A DNA stretch of 64,000 nucleotides from an uncultured Chloroflexia bacterium (GTDB taxonomy: Bacteria; Chloroflexota; Anaerolineae; Caldilineales; Caldilineaceae): assembly GCA_963773745.1 (NCBI GenBank), contig CAVZCL010000010.1:96760-160759 (forward strand), given 5' to 3'. This document shows positions 9,514 through 21,500 of the stretch, in pieces. The notes below the pieces were generated by a model that had not been told where the DNA came from, ran no database searches, and saw nothing but the letters and a program-made list of their open reading frames with translations. Position 1 is the stretch's first letter, and every line of letters begins with the position of its first letter. The translations under genes were made by a program, and so were the position numbers.

Positions 9514-9557
9514 ACATCTATGCGGATTTTCCGCATCAATCCGAGAGGACCTCTCCC

Positions 9558-11352
9558 ATGAGCACCCCACCTCGCTGGGACGTGAGTAACGTCTTTCCCA
9601 GCCTGACATCGCCCGAATATGAAGCCGCTGTGGCCTCCGCTTCGGCCCAGATGGATGCCCTGGACGCGTTGCTGGCTGGCGCCCCGGCTGACGGCGCCGC
9701 TCGACGCACAGGCCGCCTATCTGGGTGATGTGGTGGACAGCGCCAACGCGCTCTACGAACTGGCAGGTACAATCCGCGCCTACATCAATGCCTTCGTCAG
9801 CACCGACTCGCGCGACAGCGTGGCGCGCCGGCGCGAATCCGAATTCGAGCAGGCCGGTGTGCGCATGAAGACCCTCTCCAACCGCTTCCAGGCGTGGGTG
9901 GGCCGCCTTGCGCCGCAACTGGATGCGCTGCTGCCGCTGGACCCGCGCACGCAGGCCCACGCCTTTGCCCTGCGCGAAATGGCCGAGCAGGCGCAGTACA
10001 TGATGAGCGAGAGCGAAGAGGCGCTGGCCGCCGAATTGCTTGTGAGCGGCGCAGGCGCATGGGGCAAGCTGCAAGGCACCCTCACCTCGCAAATGAGCGT
10101 TCCCTTCGAGCTTGACGGCGCGGTGCAGAACCTGCCCATGCCCGCGCTCATCAACCTGCGCTCGCACCCCGACGAGGATGTGCGCCGCCGGGCCTACGAA
10201 GCCGAAAACGCCGCCTGGGAGAGCGCCAAGGAGCCGCTGGCCGCATCCATGAATGGCGTCAAGGGCGCAGTCGTCACCCTCAACAAGCGACGCGGGCGCG
10301 AGGACGCGCTGCACAGCGCACTTGACGCGGCCCGCATTGACCGCCCCACGCTGCAGGCAATGCTGGGGGCCATGGAGGATTCCTTCCCGCAGTGGCGGCG
10401 CTACTACCGCGCCAAGGCCGCACGGCTGGGCAAGGAGCAGCTCGCCTGGTGGGACCTCTCGGCGCCCATACCCGGCGATACTACCTACTTTGCGTGGGAC
10501 GAGGCACGCGCCTTCGTGCTCGACAACTTCGCCACCTTCTCGGCCGACCTGCACGACTTTGCCCAACATGCCTTTGATGCCCAGTGGATTGACGCCGAGC
10601 AGCGCACAGGCAAGCGCGGCGGCGCCTTCTGCATGGGCGTGCCCGCCGTCAAGGAGAGCCGCATTCTCTCCAATTTCGACGGCTCGCTGGACCAGGTCTC
10701 CACACTCGCGCATGAGCTGGGCCACGGTTACCACAACAGCTGCATCTACCGCGCCGGCAAGAGCCGCCTGCAGGCGCAAACACCCATGACGCTGGCCGAA
10801 ACCGCCTCCATCATGTGCGAGACGATTGTCATGCAGGCGGTGCTGGCCAAGGCGACCGACCCTGCCGCCGAGCTCGCGATTCTGGAGACAATCATCCAGG
10901 GAGAATCGCAGGTGATTGTCGACATCTACTCGCGCTATCTCTTCGAGACTGAAGTCTTCACCCGCCGCGCCCAGGCCGAACTCTCGGCCGAGGAGCTGTG
11001 CGACATCATGGCGCGCGCGCAGGATGCCACCTACGGCGACGGCGTGGACGCACGCTTCCGCCAGCCGTGGATGTGGACCTGGAAGCCCCACTACTACTCG
11101 CCCGGCCTCTCCTTCTACAACTTCCCCTATGCCTTTGGCCTGCTCTTCGGCACGGGGCTCTATGCCGTCTACCAGCAGCGGGGCGATGCATTCCTCGACG
11201 ACTACCGCGCGCTGCTCGCCTCCACCGGCGAGGCCAACGCCGCCGACCTGGCCGCACGCTTCGGCATTGACCTGCGCACCCGCCACTTCTGGGAGGAGAG
11301 CCTCGCGGTCATCGGCAAGCAGATTGACAGGTATTGCGAACTCGCGGCCTGA
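9558..11352 (+). CDS. M3B oligoendopeptidase (PepF-like), apparent single frameshift near 9690-9700
   Basis: HELGHGYH zinc motif in the 9619..11352 frame. The family-typical N-terminus MSTPPRWDVSNVFPSLTSPEYEAAVASASAQMDALDALLAGA is encoded from ATG 9558 in another frame. The two frames abut at ~9695. Confidence 0.8.
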
Positions 11353-11356
11353 ACAA

Positions 11357-11527
11357 CAACAGCCGACACAGAGGGCACAGAGAAGGGCAACAGCAGAACC
11401 ACAGAGAAAAGCAGAGAAGTACAGAGTGTGGAGAGTACATTGAATGTACTCTCCACACTCTGTACTTCTCTGCTTTTCTCTGTGGTTCTGCTGTTGCCCT
11501 TCTCTGTGCCCTCTGTGTCGGCTGTTG
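11357..11527. repeat. Perfect 171-bp palindrome (85-nt arms, 1-nt centre) between convergent genes
   Basis: I compared 11357-11441 with the reverse complement of 11443-11527 base by base; they are identical. The left arm is T-free for ~65 nt (CACAGAG/GCAGAG words). Confidence 0.97.
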
Positions 11528-11544
11528 CTCTTCCGGTGCCGTTG

Positions 11545-12253
11545 CTACTGCTCGTCCACCGGATGCGCCACCACGATAATGCGGTGCGAGTTGTCATCGC
11601 GCGGCCAGCAGCTCACCAGCGTCAGCCGCTCATCGTCGGTGGGCTGAATCCACTGACCGTTTTCCAGCTGCTGCTCAACCGAAGCATTGCGCTCGGGCAC
11701 AATCATCACCTTGTCGATCGAGTAGGTGAAGGGTTTGTCGCCCACGTAGAGCACGGCGGTATCGCCGCGCTTGAGCTGGTCCAGCTCGCGGAAGACTGCG
11801 CCCAGAATGTTGTTGTGGCCGCTCAGCACCACATTGCCGCCCAGGCCGGGCTCGGCGCTGTTCTTGTGCCAGCCGGCGGCATACTGCGCCACGTCCCACT
11901 GGCTGAAGACCTGGCCTTCCTTGTTCTGCGATGTGCTCCAGCCCAGCTCCGTCACGCCCGTATCGAGCTTGATGGTGGGGAGTACCAGGCGTGTGGGCAT
12001 GCCTGTCTTCACGGCGGCGGCCGGCTGCACCTTTGGCGCGGCAGCGGCGGGCTGCGCCGCAACGGCTGCAACGCGTGCAGGGGTTGCTGTGGGGGCTGCG
12101 GTGGGCTGGGGCTGCGACTTGCACGGCGGGCGCCGCGCTTGTGGGCGAAGAGGCTTCGGCCGAACTGCCGCAGCCGGTAAGCGCCATCAGCGCCAAAACA
12201 AGAAGCGTGGGCAACAGAAGGCTGCGTCGGTTCAATTTGTTTGCAAAAATCAT
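11545..12253 (-). CDS. Sortase-family transpeptidase, apparent frameshift in the linker (~12100-12125)
   Basis: Catalytic ORF 11545..12030 carries VLSGHNN and LTLVSCWP (active-site Cys). The signal/anchor MIFANKLNRRSLLLPTLLVLALMALTGC starts at ATG 12253 in a different frame. The frames meet inside an Ala/Pro-rich linker. Confidence 0.75.
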
Positions 12254-12420
12254 GGAGCGTCTACCTGAAATGGGTTGCTGGAAACGGATGGATGATCAAG
12301 TATGTGATGCGCCGTTGCATCGCATAGATGGTACACGTTAAGCGCGCAAAACGGGGAATCAGCGCACCTTCCTGCAACAGGCAACTGCGTCCGTGCGCCC
12401 TGGCGTTTGGATTTTTGAGT

Positions 12421-13488
12421 TCAGGGCTGCGGCGCGTCCTCGCGCCTGCCTTGCGCTACGGCGGCGAAGCGCTCTGCCGGGCCGCCCACAGGCGCTAGCA
12501 CAGCCGTGAATGCGCTCTCGCCCCCACGCGGGATGACGTTGTACTCGGGCGTCACCTTGCGCATGGCAATCACGCGCCCCAACGGGTCGTAGGCGGTGAG
12601 CACCACCTGCACAGCCACCGCGTCCTCCGGGCCAACGTTGCGCACCTTGCCCGTCACAGTATACGAGGCGTAGCGCTCGCCCTGCGTTTGCAGCTCCACC
12701 ACCTCAAGGTCGCGGTAGTAGCTGCCCACATAGGCGGCCACGGCGTGGGTGGCAAAGACGCGGTAGCGCTCAAAGGGACCCGGGTTCTCGCCAAAGGTCA
12801 CCGCAAAGGGGGCATCCTTGCCCGGGTCCACAAGATCGACCGCAACCAGCCCCTCCACTCGTGCGATTTCGGTGTTGGCGCCATCCAGCAGCGAGACGCC
12901 CACGCGCACCTGCTCCAGCGCCTCTGCGCCCGGGTTCTGCACCTCGCCCAGCACCCACAGCCCGCCCACATTGCTCTCGTTGAAGTAGACATTGCGCACC
13001 TCCACAGCCAGCGGCGTGGGGGTGGGGGTGGAGTTTGCGTCGGTGGTCTCCTCAATCTCCTCGGGGCGGGGGATTACAAGCTGCTGCCCCACCTGCAGAA
13101 AGCGCGGGTCGAGAATGCCGTTGGCATCCTGCAGCGCCGCCACAGAGACGCCGTACTGCCCCGCCACGCCCAGCAGGCTCTCACCCGAGCCAATCGTGTG
13201 GATAACGGGCGTGGGCGTGATTGTGGGTGTGGGCGTGGGCGCAGGCGTGTAGGGCGCAGGTGTGGAGGTGGGCGGCAGCGTCGCCACCTCGACCGCGACG
13301 GCAAGGGTGGCCGTCGGTTCGGGCGTCGGCGTGGGCGCCAGGGTAATGACCTGACCGCACGCGCCGGCCAGCAGCGCGACCAGCAATGCGGTCAGCAGGA
13401 TGGGCAAGACGCGCGCGTTGCGTGCAGAGGTGGAGGGCATTCGCTCGGCGGGCGCATACGGGCCGCTCGGCGTGGCTTGATGGTTCAT
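12421..13488 (-). CDS. LysM domain-containing membrane-anchored protein
   Basis: LysM motif HTIGSGESLLGVAGQYGVSVAALQDANGILDPRFLQVGQQLVIP, an N-terminal TM segment (VLPILLTALLVALLAGAC) and Thr/Pro linkers. The start is taken at ATG 13488 (MNHQATP), because further upstream lies inside a REP element. Confidence 0.75.
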   Translation of the reverse strand: MNHQATPSGPYAPAERMPSTSARNARVLPILLTALLVALLAGACGQVITLAPTPTPEPTATLAVAVEVATLPPTSTPAPYTPAPTPTPTITPTPVIHTIGSGESLLGVAGQYGVSVAALQDANGILDPRFLQVGQQLVIPRPEEIEETTDANSTPTPTPLAVEVRNVYFNESNVGGLWVLGEVQNPGAEALEQVRVGVSLLDGANTEIARVEGLVAVDLVDPGKDAPFAVTFGENPGPFERYRVFATHAVAAYVGSYYRDLEVVELQTQGERYASYTVTGKVRNVGPEDAVAVQVVLTAYDPLGRVIAMRKVTPEYNVIPRGGESAFTAVLAPVGGPAERFAAVAQGRREDAPQP

Positions 13489-13583
13489 CGCTGCGAGTAT
13501 AACATAGGGGAGGTGGGTGAAGGGGTCATTGCCAAGCAGAAATCGGACAAGCGGCAAGTGGTCAATTGTCGGCGACCGCATTT

Positions 13584-13720
13584 GTAGCGGGGGGCTTCCA
13601 GCCCTCCGGCCGTTGTAGGTCACGTCTCCTGGCGTGACGACCGTAGGTCACATCTCCTGGCGTGACGCAGTATGTAACGCAATGCAGAGGCCAAACGGAG
13701 GGCTGGAAGCCCCCCGCTAC
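13584..13720. repeat. REPIN-like element, same family as 4517-4654
   Basis: GTAGCGGGGGGCTTCCAGCCCTCCG, then two GTAGGTCAC(G/A)TCTCCTGGCGTGAC units, then CGGAGGGCTGGAAGCCCCCCGCTAC. Confidence 0.9.
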
Positions 13721-13796
13721 GCATGCCGCGGACTTGGGAGACGCACCATTTCAGCCGGCTTATGGACTTTCGGATATTGCTTTGGTATGGCGTCAT

Positions 13797-13917
13797 GCGC
13801 GCGCACCGCAACCTCACCCCCGGCCCCTCTCCATGCTGGAGAGGGGTGCAAAGCGGCGCCGTCGTGCACCCCTCTCCAGCATGGAGAGGGGCCGGGGGTG
13901 AGGTTGCAGTGCGCGCG
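13797..13917. repeat. ~120-bp palindrome whose arms each contain the hairpin CCCCTCTCCATGCTGGAGAGGGG
   Basis: GCGCACCGCAACCTCACCCCCGGCCCCTCTCCATGCTGGAGAGGGGTGCA ... TGCACCCCTCTCCAGCATGGAGAGGGGCCGGGGGTGAGGTTGCAGTGCGC. Confidence 0.9.
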
Positions 13918-14058
13918 CGGATACCGGATCAACTTCTGAAAGACCACGAGCCGGCTTGGGTTGCCTAGCTGCAGGCTTGAGCCTGCAGCGGTCCCTGCAA
14001 CGAGAAGCCGGCACATTGTGATGCGGATAGTGCATCGCCATCCGAGAGAGGAACGAAA

Positions 14059-14589
14059 ATGGCAAGAATCGCCCTGATGTCTGACTCGCACGACAACCTG
14101 CCCGTGCTGCGCAAAACCTTGGACGCCGTGCGCGCTGCCAACGCCGACCTGCTGCTCCATCTGGGCGATCTGTGCGCGCCCTTCGTCGTCACTGAACTGG
14201 CGCAGGGTTTCACGGGCGCGATCCACATTGTCATGGGCAACAACGACGCCGACGGCCGCCTGCTCCAGCTCATGGCCAGCCGGCACGCGCACGTCAACCT
14301 TTACGGCGTCTACACCGAACTAACGATTGACGGGCGCACGCTGGCACTCATCCACTACCCCGAGCCGGCGCGTCGCATTGCCGCCAGCGGCCAGCTCGAT
14401 CTCGTCGCCTATGGCCACAACCACGAGAAGCACATCGAGCAGATTGGCAACACCTGGCTCGTCAACCCGGGCGAGCTGCTCGGCCTCAAGGCATCACCTA
14501 CCTGGGCGCTCTACGACACGGACGCGCATCGGGTTGAGTTGCGCGATGTTGAAAGAGTAATTCACGGTAAGTACGCGACGCTTTCGTAG
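14059..14589 (+). CDS. YfcE/MJ0936-family metallophosphoesterase
   Basis: MSDSHDN, HLGDL, GNND and YGHNH metal-ligand motifs in canonical order. The last ~7 codons and the TAG stop lie inside a REP-like element. Confidence 0.85.
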   Translation: MARIALMSDSHDNLPVLRKTLDAVRAANADLLLHLGDLCAPFVVTELAQGFTGAIHIVMGNNDADGRLLQLMASRHAHVNLYGVYTELTIDGRTLALIHYPEPARRIAASGQLDLVAYGHNHEKHIEQIGNTWLVNPGELLGLKASPTWALYDTDAHRVELRDVERVIHGKYATLS

Positions 14590-14684
14590 CGGCTGCTTCA
14601 GCTGCCGTTATCGAGGACGCGACGATCTCCACCTACGGCAGCTGAAGCAGCCGCTAGAAAGCGTCGCGTACTTGCCGGATGCAC
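14567..14684. repeat. Second copy of the 9306-9446 REPIN-like family
   Basis: GGTAAGTACGCGACGCTTTCGTAGCGGCTGCTTCAGCTGCCGT ... CCTACGGCAGCTGAAGCAGCCGCTAGAAAGCGTCGCGTACTTGCCGGATGCAC. Roughly 90% identical by eye to the 9.3-kb copy. Confidence 0.85.
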
Positions 14685-14750
14685 CAGTAAGTGGTCATTG
14701 GTAAGTGCGGCCTGCGCATATCACGAATGACCAATGACCACTTACCAATT
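14685..14750. repeat. GGTAA/TTACC word hairpin
   Basis: CAGTAAGTGGTCATTGGTAAGTG ... CGAATGACCAATGACCACTTACCAATT. Confidence 0.7.
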
Positions 14751-14786
14751 GCTTTTTTCAGCCAGGCGCATTCGCCCAGTCGCTCC

Positions 14787-16034
<1,248 letters not shown>

Positions 16035-16166
16035 GGTGACTCCAAGGGTGTGGGATGGTGCTGGATTATTGCAGTGCTAACATTAACCAAAATTGAAAAC
16101 TGACGATTGACGATTGATGCGGCGCCATCTCAGTTTTCAATCATCAATACTCAATTTTGCTCTTCT

Positions 16167-17975
16167 CTATTCGACGCGCGGCAGCTTCTCCGCCAGCAGC
16201 CACCAGCGGTCGCTGCGCAACAGCTTCTGCCACTGCGGCACAAGCGTGGCGAGCGCGGCAACATTCTGCGCCTGCTGCAGTGGCTGCGCAAGCAAGCGCC
16301 CCTTGCCCGCATCCACATAGCGGACGCGCAAGTCGCCCGCAATTTCGTCAACCGCAAAGCCGGCCAACGCCGCCGCCTTTGCCAGCGCCGCGGGCAGATC
16401 GCCCAGGCCATCCACAAGGCCGTGATCGAGCGCCTGCAGCCCAGTCCACACGCGGCCGCCGGCCACGCCGTCCACCGCCTCGGCGCTCAGACCGCGCCCC
16501 GCCGCCACGCGCGCCTTGAAGGTAGTATAGACCATCTCCACGCCCGCCTCGACCTTGGCGCGCTGCTCAGGCCGCCACGCTGCGTCGCTGGCGTAGAGAT
16601 CGGCATTGGCCCCGCGCTGCACGACGTCGCGCCCGATAGAGAGCTTGTCGTACGCCTCGCCGGTGATGATGCGGGCGGTGATGACACCAATGCTGCCGGT
16701 GAGTGTGGCCGCCTGCGCCATAATCCAGCGGCCGGGTGCAGCAATGTAGTAGCCGCCGCTCGCCGCCACAGGCCCCATGTAGATGACAAGCGGCTTCTCC
16801 TGCGCCAGCAGCGCAAGCTCGCGCCACATAATATCGCTGGCCAGCGCCGAGCCGCCCGGGGAATCCACATAGGCGACGATGGCGGCCATCTCATCATCGC
16901 GACGGGCTGCACGCACGAGCTGCTGCACGCTGCTGCTGCCGAGCATGGCGCCGCCCAGCAGGGGCAGCGGCACGGGAAAGGAGCGGCTGTCGCCTGGGAC
17001 GATGGAGCCGGAGAGGTCCATCAGGCCAATGGTCTTGCGGCTGCGCGTGCGCACGCGCCGGTAGAGCAGCCCCTTGGTCGCGCCGTAGCGTTTGAGGCGT
17101 GCGGGCTTTGCAGCAGGCGCGCCACTGGCACCCGCGCCACTGGCACCCGTGCCCTGCGCAGCCAGGTGCATAGGCAGATCATCCTCATAGAGGATCGCGT
17201 CCACAAGGCCGGCTGCCAGCGCCTCGTCTGCGCTCCAGGGCGCGCCGTCGATCAAGCTGCGCACGGTCTCCGGATCGAGGCCGCGGCCGGCCGCAATTGT
17301 CTGCACCATGTCGCCGTAGAGGCTGTCGAGCAGCCACTCGTACTGGTCGCGCGCGGCGGGCGTCATCGCGGGCTCGGCAAGGCTGTCGGCCGCCGTCTTC
17401 CACGGGGCCACCTTAACGACCTCGGCACGCACGCCGACGCGCGCCAGCGCGTCGCGGTAGTACTCTGCCTCAATACGCATGCCAATCACCTCCCACGTTG
17501 TGAGGGGCGTCACGTAGATGCGGTCGGCAGCGCACGCGGCCAGATAGGTGGCCGCCGTCACCTGCTCGAGCAGCAGATGAATTGTCTTGACGGGGGCACT
17601 GGGGTTCGCCGCGCGCTCCCATGTGCGGAAGCGCGCAAAGAGCGCCGCCAGGTTCTGCGCGTGGGTGCGCTGCAAATCTGCACCCTTTACCAGAAAGACG
17701 ATGCCGCGCACGTCGGGGTCTTCGGCCACATGGCGCAGCGCCGCCTGCAGCCCAAGGAGCGACTGCGGTGGCTGTGCCACGGGCGCAAAGCGCATCCACC
17801 AGGGCTGGTCGGGGGCAATATCGGCCAGCGATTGGTCAAGCGTAAAGAGTACGTAGTCGGGCAGCAATTTGCGCCCGGCGCGCCGGCGTGCGTTGCTGAA
17901 TGCGGCCAGCCCGCGCCGCCACGCTAGGTTGATTGTGCGGGCGCTCTGCTGCAGCCAGTTGGGTGTTGAGGACAT
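16167..17975 (-). CDS. sppA: Signal peptide peptidase SppA, 67K type (two S49 domains)
   Basis: Two ClpP/S49 repeats; YVDSPGGSALAS and GPVAASGGYYIA motifs. The start is taken at ATG 17975 (MSSTPNWL), because upstream ORF sequence is REP-derived. Confidence 0.8.
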   Translation of the reverse strand: MSSTPNWLQQSARTINLAWRRGLAAFSNARRRAGRKLLPDYVLFTLDQSLADIAPDQPWWMRFAPVAQPPQSLLGLQAALRHVAEDPDVRGIVFLVKGADLQRTHAQNLAALFARFRTWERAANPSAPVKTIHLLLEQVTAATYLAACAADRIYVTPLTTWEVIGMRIEAEYYRDALARVGVRAEVVKVAPWKTAADSLAEPAMTPAARDQYEWLLDSLYGDMVQTIAAGRGLDPETVRSLIDGAPWSADEALAAGLVDAILYEDDLPMHLAAQGTGASGAGASGAPAAKPARLKRYGATKGLLYRRVRTRSRKTIGLMDLSGSIVPGDSRSFPVPLPLLGGAMLGSSSVQQLVRAARRDDEMAAIVAYVDSPGGSALASDIMWRELALLAQEKPLVIYMGPVAASGGYYIAAPGRWIMAQAATLTGSIGVITARIITGEAYDKLSIGRDVVQRGANADLYASDAAWRPEQRAKVEAGVEMVYTTFKARVAAGRGLSAEAVDGVAGGRVWTGLQALDHGLVDGLGDLPAALAKAAALAGFAVDEIAGDLRVRYVDAGKGRLLAQPLQQAQNVAALATLVPQWQKLLRSDRWWLLAEKLPRVE

Positions 17976-18039
17976 GGGCTTTTCTCGGGCGGATGGAACG
18001 TTAAGGCACGGTTGACAGTATGGAGTATTGAGTATGGAG

Positions 18040-18500
18040 TATTGAGGGTTGATGATAGCCGCGCTTGGTGGAATTCGCCCACCTTCGGGCGCGGCGGCTT
18101 CAGCAAGGCTTCGTAGCGGCGGCTGAAGCCGCCGTTCGCGAGGACGCGGCGCGATCCGTGCCAACGGCGGCTGAGGTGATGCATCTCCGAAGTCTGCGAC
18201 ATTCGTAGCGGGGGCTTCCAGCCCTCCGAACCGTGAGTCAGACAGAGCGCAGTTGTAGGTCACGTCTCCGGCGTGACGCAGTACGCGACGCTGTGCCCGG
18301 GCCCAAAACGGAGGGCTGGAAGCCCCCTGCTACGAATGTCGCGGACTTCGGTGGCTATCGTAGCGGAGGGGCTCCTGCCCCTCGTTTTGCTCGAGCTGAC
18401 CCTCTTACGGAACTGATGAGGGCCGGGAGGCCCTCCGCTACGCGTGCCGCGGACTTAAGGGACGCACCACTGAAGCCGCCGCCCCGTGCCGCGGCACGGT
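18040..18500. repeat. Cluster of at least four GTAG-headed REP/REPIN-like units filling the sppA-recQ divergent spacer
   Basis: CGTAGCGGCGGCTGAAGCCGCCG. GTAGCGGGGGCTTCCAGCCCTCCG ... CGGAGGGCTGGAAGCCCCCTGCTAC (18205-18333) enclosing GTAGGTCACGTCTCCGGCGTGAC. GTAGCGGAGGGGCTCCTGCCCCTCG ... GGGAGGCCCTCCGCTAC. Confidence 0.85.
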
Positions 18501-18501
18501 A

Positions 18502-21500
18502 GTGTTTGCCGCAGCGTCCGCCGGTGGTAGGATAGAGCCACAACCAGCGACATGGTGCGCCGTGCGCCGGTCCCGAAAGTGTGGAGGCAAAGTGCAGGAA
18601 TCGTCTAAGCAATTGGATGCGCCCATTGAGGGCGAAGTTGCCACAACGCGCCGCGCGCTGGGGCTCGATGACGCGCTCATTGGCAACCTGCCCCCTGATG
18701 CGCGCGAACTGCTGATTGAACATCTCGAACTCTGGGGCAACCCGCTGGAGACGCTGGCAGTGGCCAATCTCCTGCGCGAGGTGCATGGCCCTCTGCTCTA
18801 CCTTCTTGACGTGGAGGCGGCGGCGCAACTGGCGCTGGGCAATATGGCAGGCGCACAACAGATCAACGAGCGCAGGCAGCGGCGCAGCAGCACAATTGCC
18901 AATCAGGCCTTTGATGCGCTCGCGCTCCAGGCGCTGGGCAAGGAGGCCCACGCCCGCCAGATTGCCGACGAACTGGCGACCACTTACCCCAAATCGCTCA
19001 CCGCGCAGCGCGCCGCCGCCACGGTGATTGCGCGCTACGGCGACTTTGCCGCCGCACACGCCCTGCTCGACGCCTTCCTTGACCACGCGCCCGGCAACCC
19101 GGTGGCCACGCTCACGCTGGGCAGCCTTGCGCTCGCCGCCGGCGACACGCTGCTTGCCGCCGAAATGGCCGAGCGTCTTGGCCCGGGCGTCCCCGCCAAC
19201 CTGCCTGACAGCCATCTGCCCGAGCTGGCCGAACTGCTGCAGGCGCTGGGGCGCAGCGAAAGCGCCGCCGCCGTGCATCTTGAGCACGAGCGCCGCCGCC
19301 AAATGCACTTTGCACATCTTGCCGAAGTGCTTGCACCCTACACCTCGCTCGCGCCCGATACAGTGGTTGACGGGGCGGCCATCTACAGCCACATCCACGG
19401 GCCGGCGTCTGTGCCCGCCACGCGCGACGAAGAGCGCCGCGTGCGCCTGGAGACGGCGCGCCACTTTGGCTTCTCCTCGCTGCGCGAAGGCCAGGCCGAA
19501 ACGATCGCGGCCGTGCTGCGGGGCGAGTCGGTGCTCACCGTCATGCCCACAGGCGCGGGCAAGTCGCTCTGCTATCAGCTGCCGGCGCTGGTGCTGCCGC
19601 GCAGCTCGCTCATCATCAGCCCTCTGATTGCGCTCATGAAGGATCAGGTGGAGAGCCTGCCGATCATGGCGCGCGGACAGGCCATCTTCATCAACAGCAC
19701 GCTCACCGATGCCGAAATTGCCGAGCGCATGGCCGGTGTGGCGCAAGGCAAGTACAAACTCATTTACGCCGCGCCCGAGCGATTGCGCCAGCGCGAGTTC
19801 CTGCGCGCACTGCGCAGCGCCGGCCTCGATCTCTTTGTGATTGACGAGGCGCACTGCGTCAGCCTCTGGGGCCACGATTTTCGTCCCGACTACCTCTTCC
19901 TGCAGGAGGCGCGCCACGAGCTGGGCAACCCCACCACGCTGGCCATGACCGCCACCGCGCCGCCGCGCGTGCGCGACGAAATTGTCGAGTATATGCGCGA
20001 CGACAGCGCAGCACTGGCCGCCACCGCAGAGTTGACCGACAAGGAGTTGACCGACAAGATCGAAAACGGGAGCGAACGCGCCGCGTCCGGCCTGGCGCTG
20101 CTGGGCGCACCGCCCAAGGTCATCGCACTCGACATCTTCCGCAGCAACCTGCACCTCTCGGCACTGCGCTTCAACAACGAAGAAGAGAAGCTCGAAGCGG
20201 TGCTCAAGTTCACTGCCGAATCGCCCGGCAGCGGCATCATTTACGTTAACACGCGCCACAAGGCCGAGGCGCTCGCTTATGCGCTGCGCGATGTGGGCGT
20301 GGCAGCCGAGGCGTACCATGCGGGCATGGAGAATCGCAGCGCGATTCAGGATCGCTTCATGGCCAACAAGACGCGTGTGGTCGTCGCGACGGTAGCCTTT
20401 GGCATGGGCATTGACAAGGCGGATATCCGCTTCATTGTCCATTTCCACCCGTCGCGCAGCCTGGCCGGCTACTACCAGGAAGTGGGCCGCGCCGGCCGCG
20501 ACGGCAAGCCAAGCCAGGGCGTGCTCTTCTACAGCGCCAACGATTGGGTCAACCTGCGCCGCTGGGCGCGAGCCGACGAATACGGCGCCGATTTCCTCGA
20601 GCGCGTGTATGCCGGCGTGGCCGCGCAAATGGGCGCAGGTGAAGAAGAACGCAGCGAGACGCTTGTGGGCGCGGTGGATGCGCGCCGCCTGCAGCGCGTG
20701 CTCAACAGCAACGAAACAGCGGTGCGCGTGGGCATCAGCCTGCTCGAACGCGCCGACCTGCTCAGTCGCAGCTTTGATGTGGCGCAGGATCTCACTGTGG
20801 CGCTGCCGACCAAGCTGCCGCCGTCCGCACGTGACGAGCGCGACCTCGTCGACCTGCTGCGCGGCCTGGGCCTGCGGGCCGGCCAGAGCGTTACGACCAA
20901 GACCGCCGCTGTCGCTGACATGATGGGCTGGTCGATTGACGAAATGGACGGCGCGCTGCTCGACTGGGAGACAGCGGGCTATCTCAGAGTCACCCGCAGC
21001 CACCGTGCCATGTCGATTACGCTGCCTCCCCGTCCTGCAGATCTGCGTGCCCGTCTGGATCGTTTGCTGGAGCAGTCGCAGGCGCTCGGGCAGCGGCGCA
21101 TTGACGACATGGTGGGCTACGCCACGGCCGAAGGCTGCCGCCACGGCTACATTAGCGCGCATTTTGGCAGCCCGCCCCGTTCCAAATGCACCGTGTGCGA
21201 CAACTGCACCGGCATTCGCCCCGAGATTCCAACGCCCGGCGAAACGCACCACCCGCTGCCCGAAGATGGCGAGATCATCCCCATGATTCTCGACTCGCTC
21301 ATCAGTCTGCCGCGGCCTGTGGGACGCAGCGGCCTGGCCCGCATCCTGGTGGGCCACCTGCGCGCGGCTTTCACGCCCGACAAGGCGCGCCATCACGGTG
21401 CGCTCAAGGGGCTGGGCGAGGGGGGCGTGGCCGAGTACATTGACGATTTGCTGGAGAACGGCATGCTGCGTCAGTACGAGAGCAACGGCTTCAATGTCCT

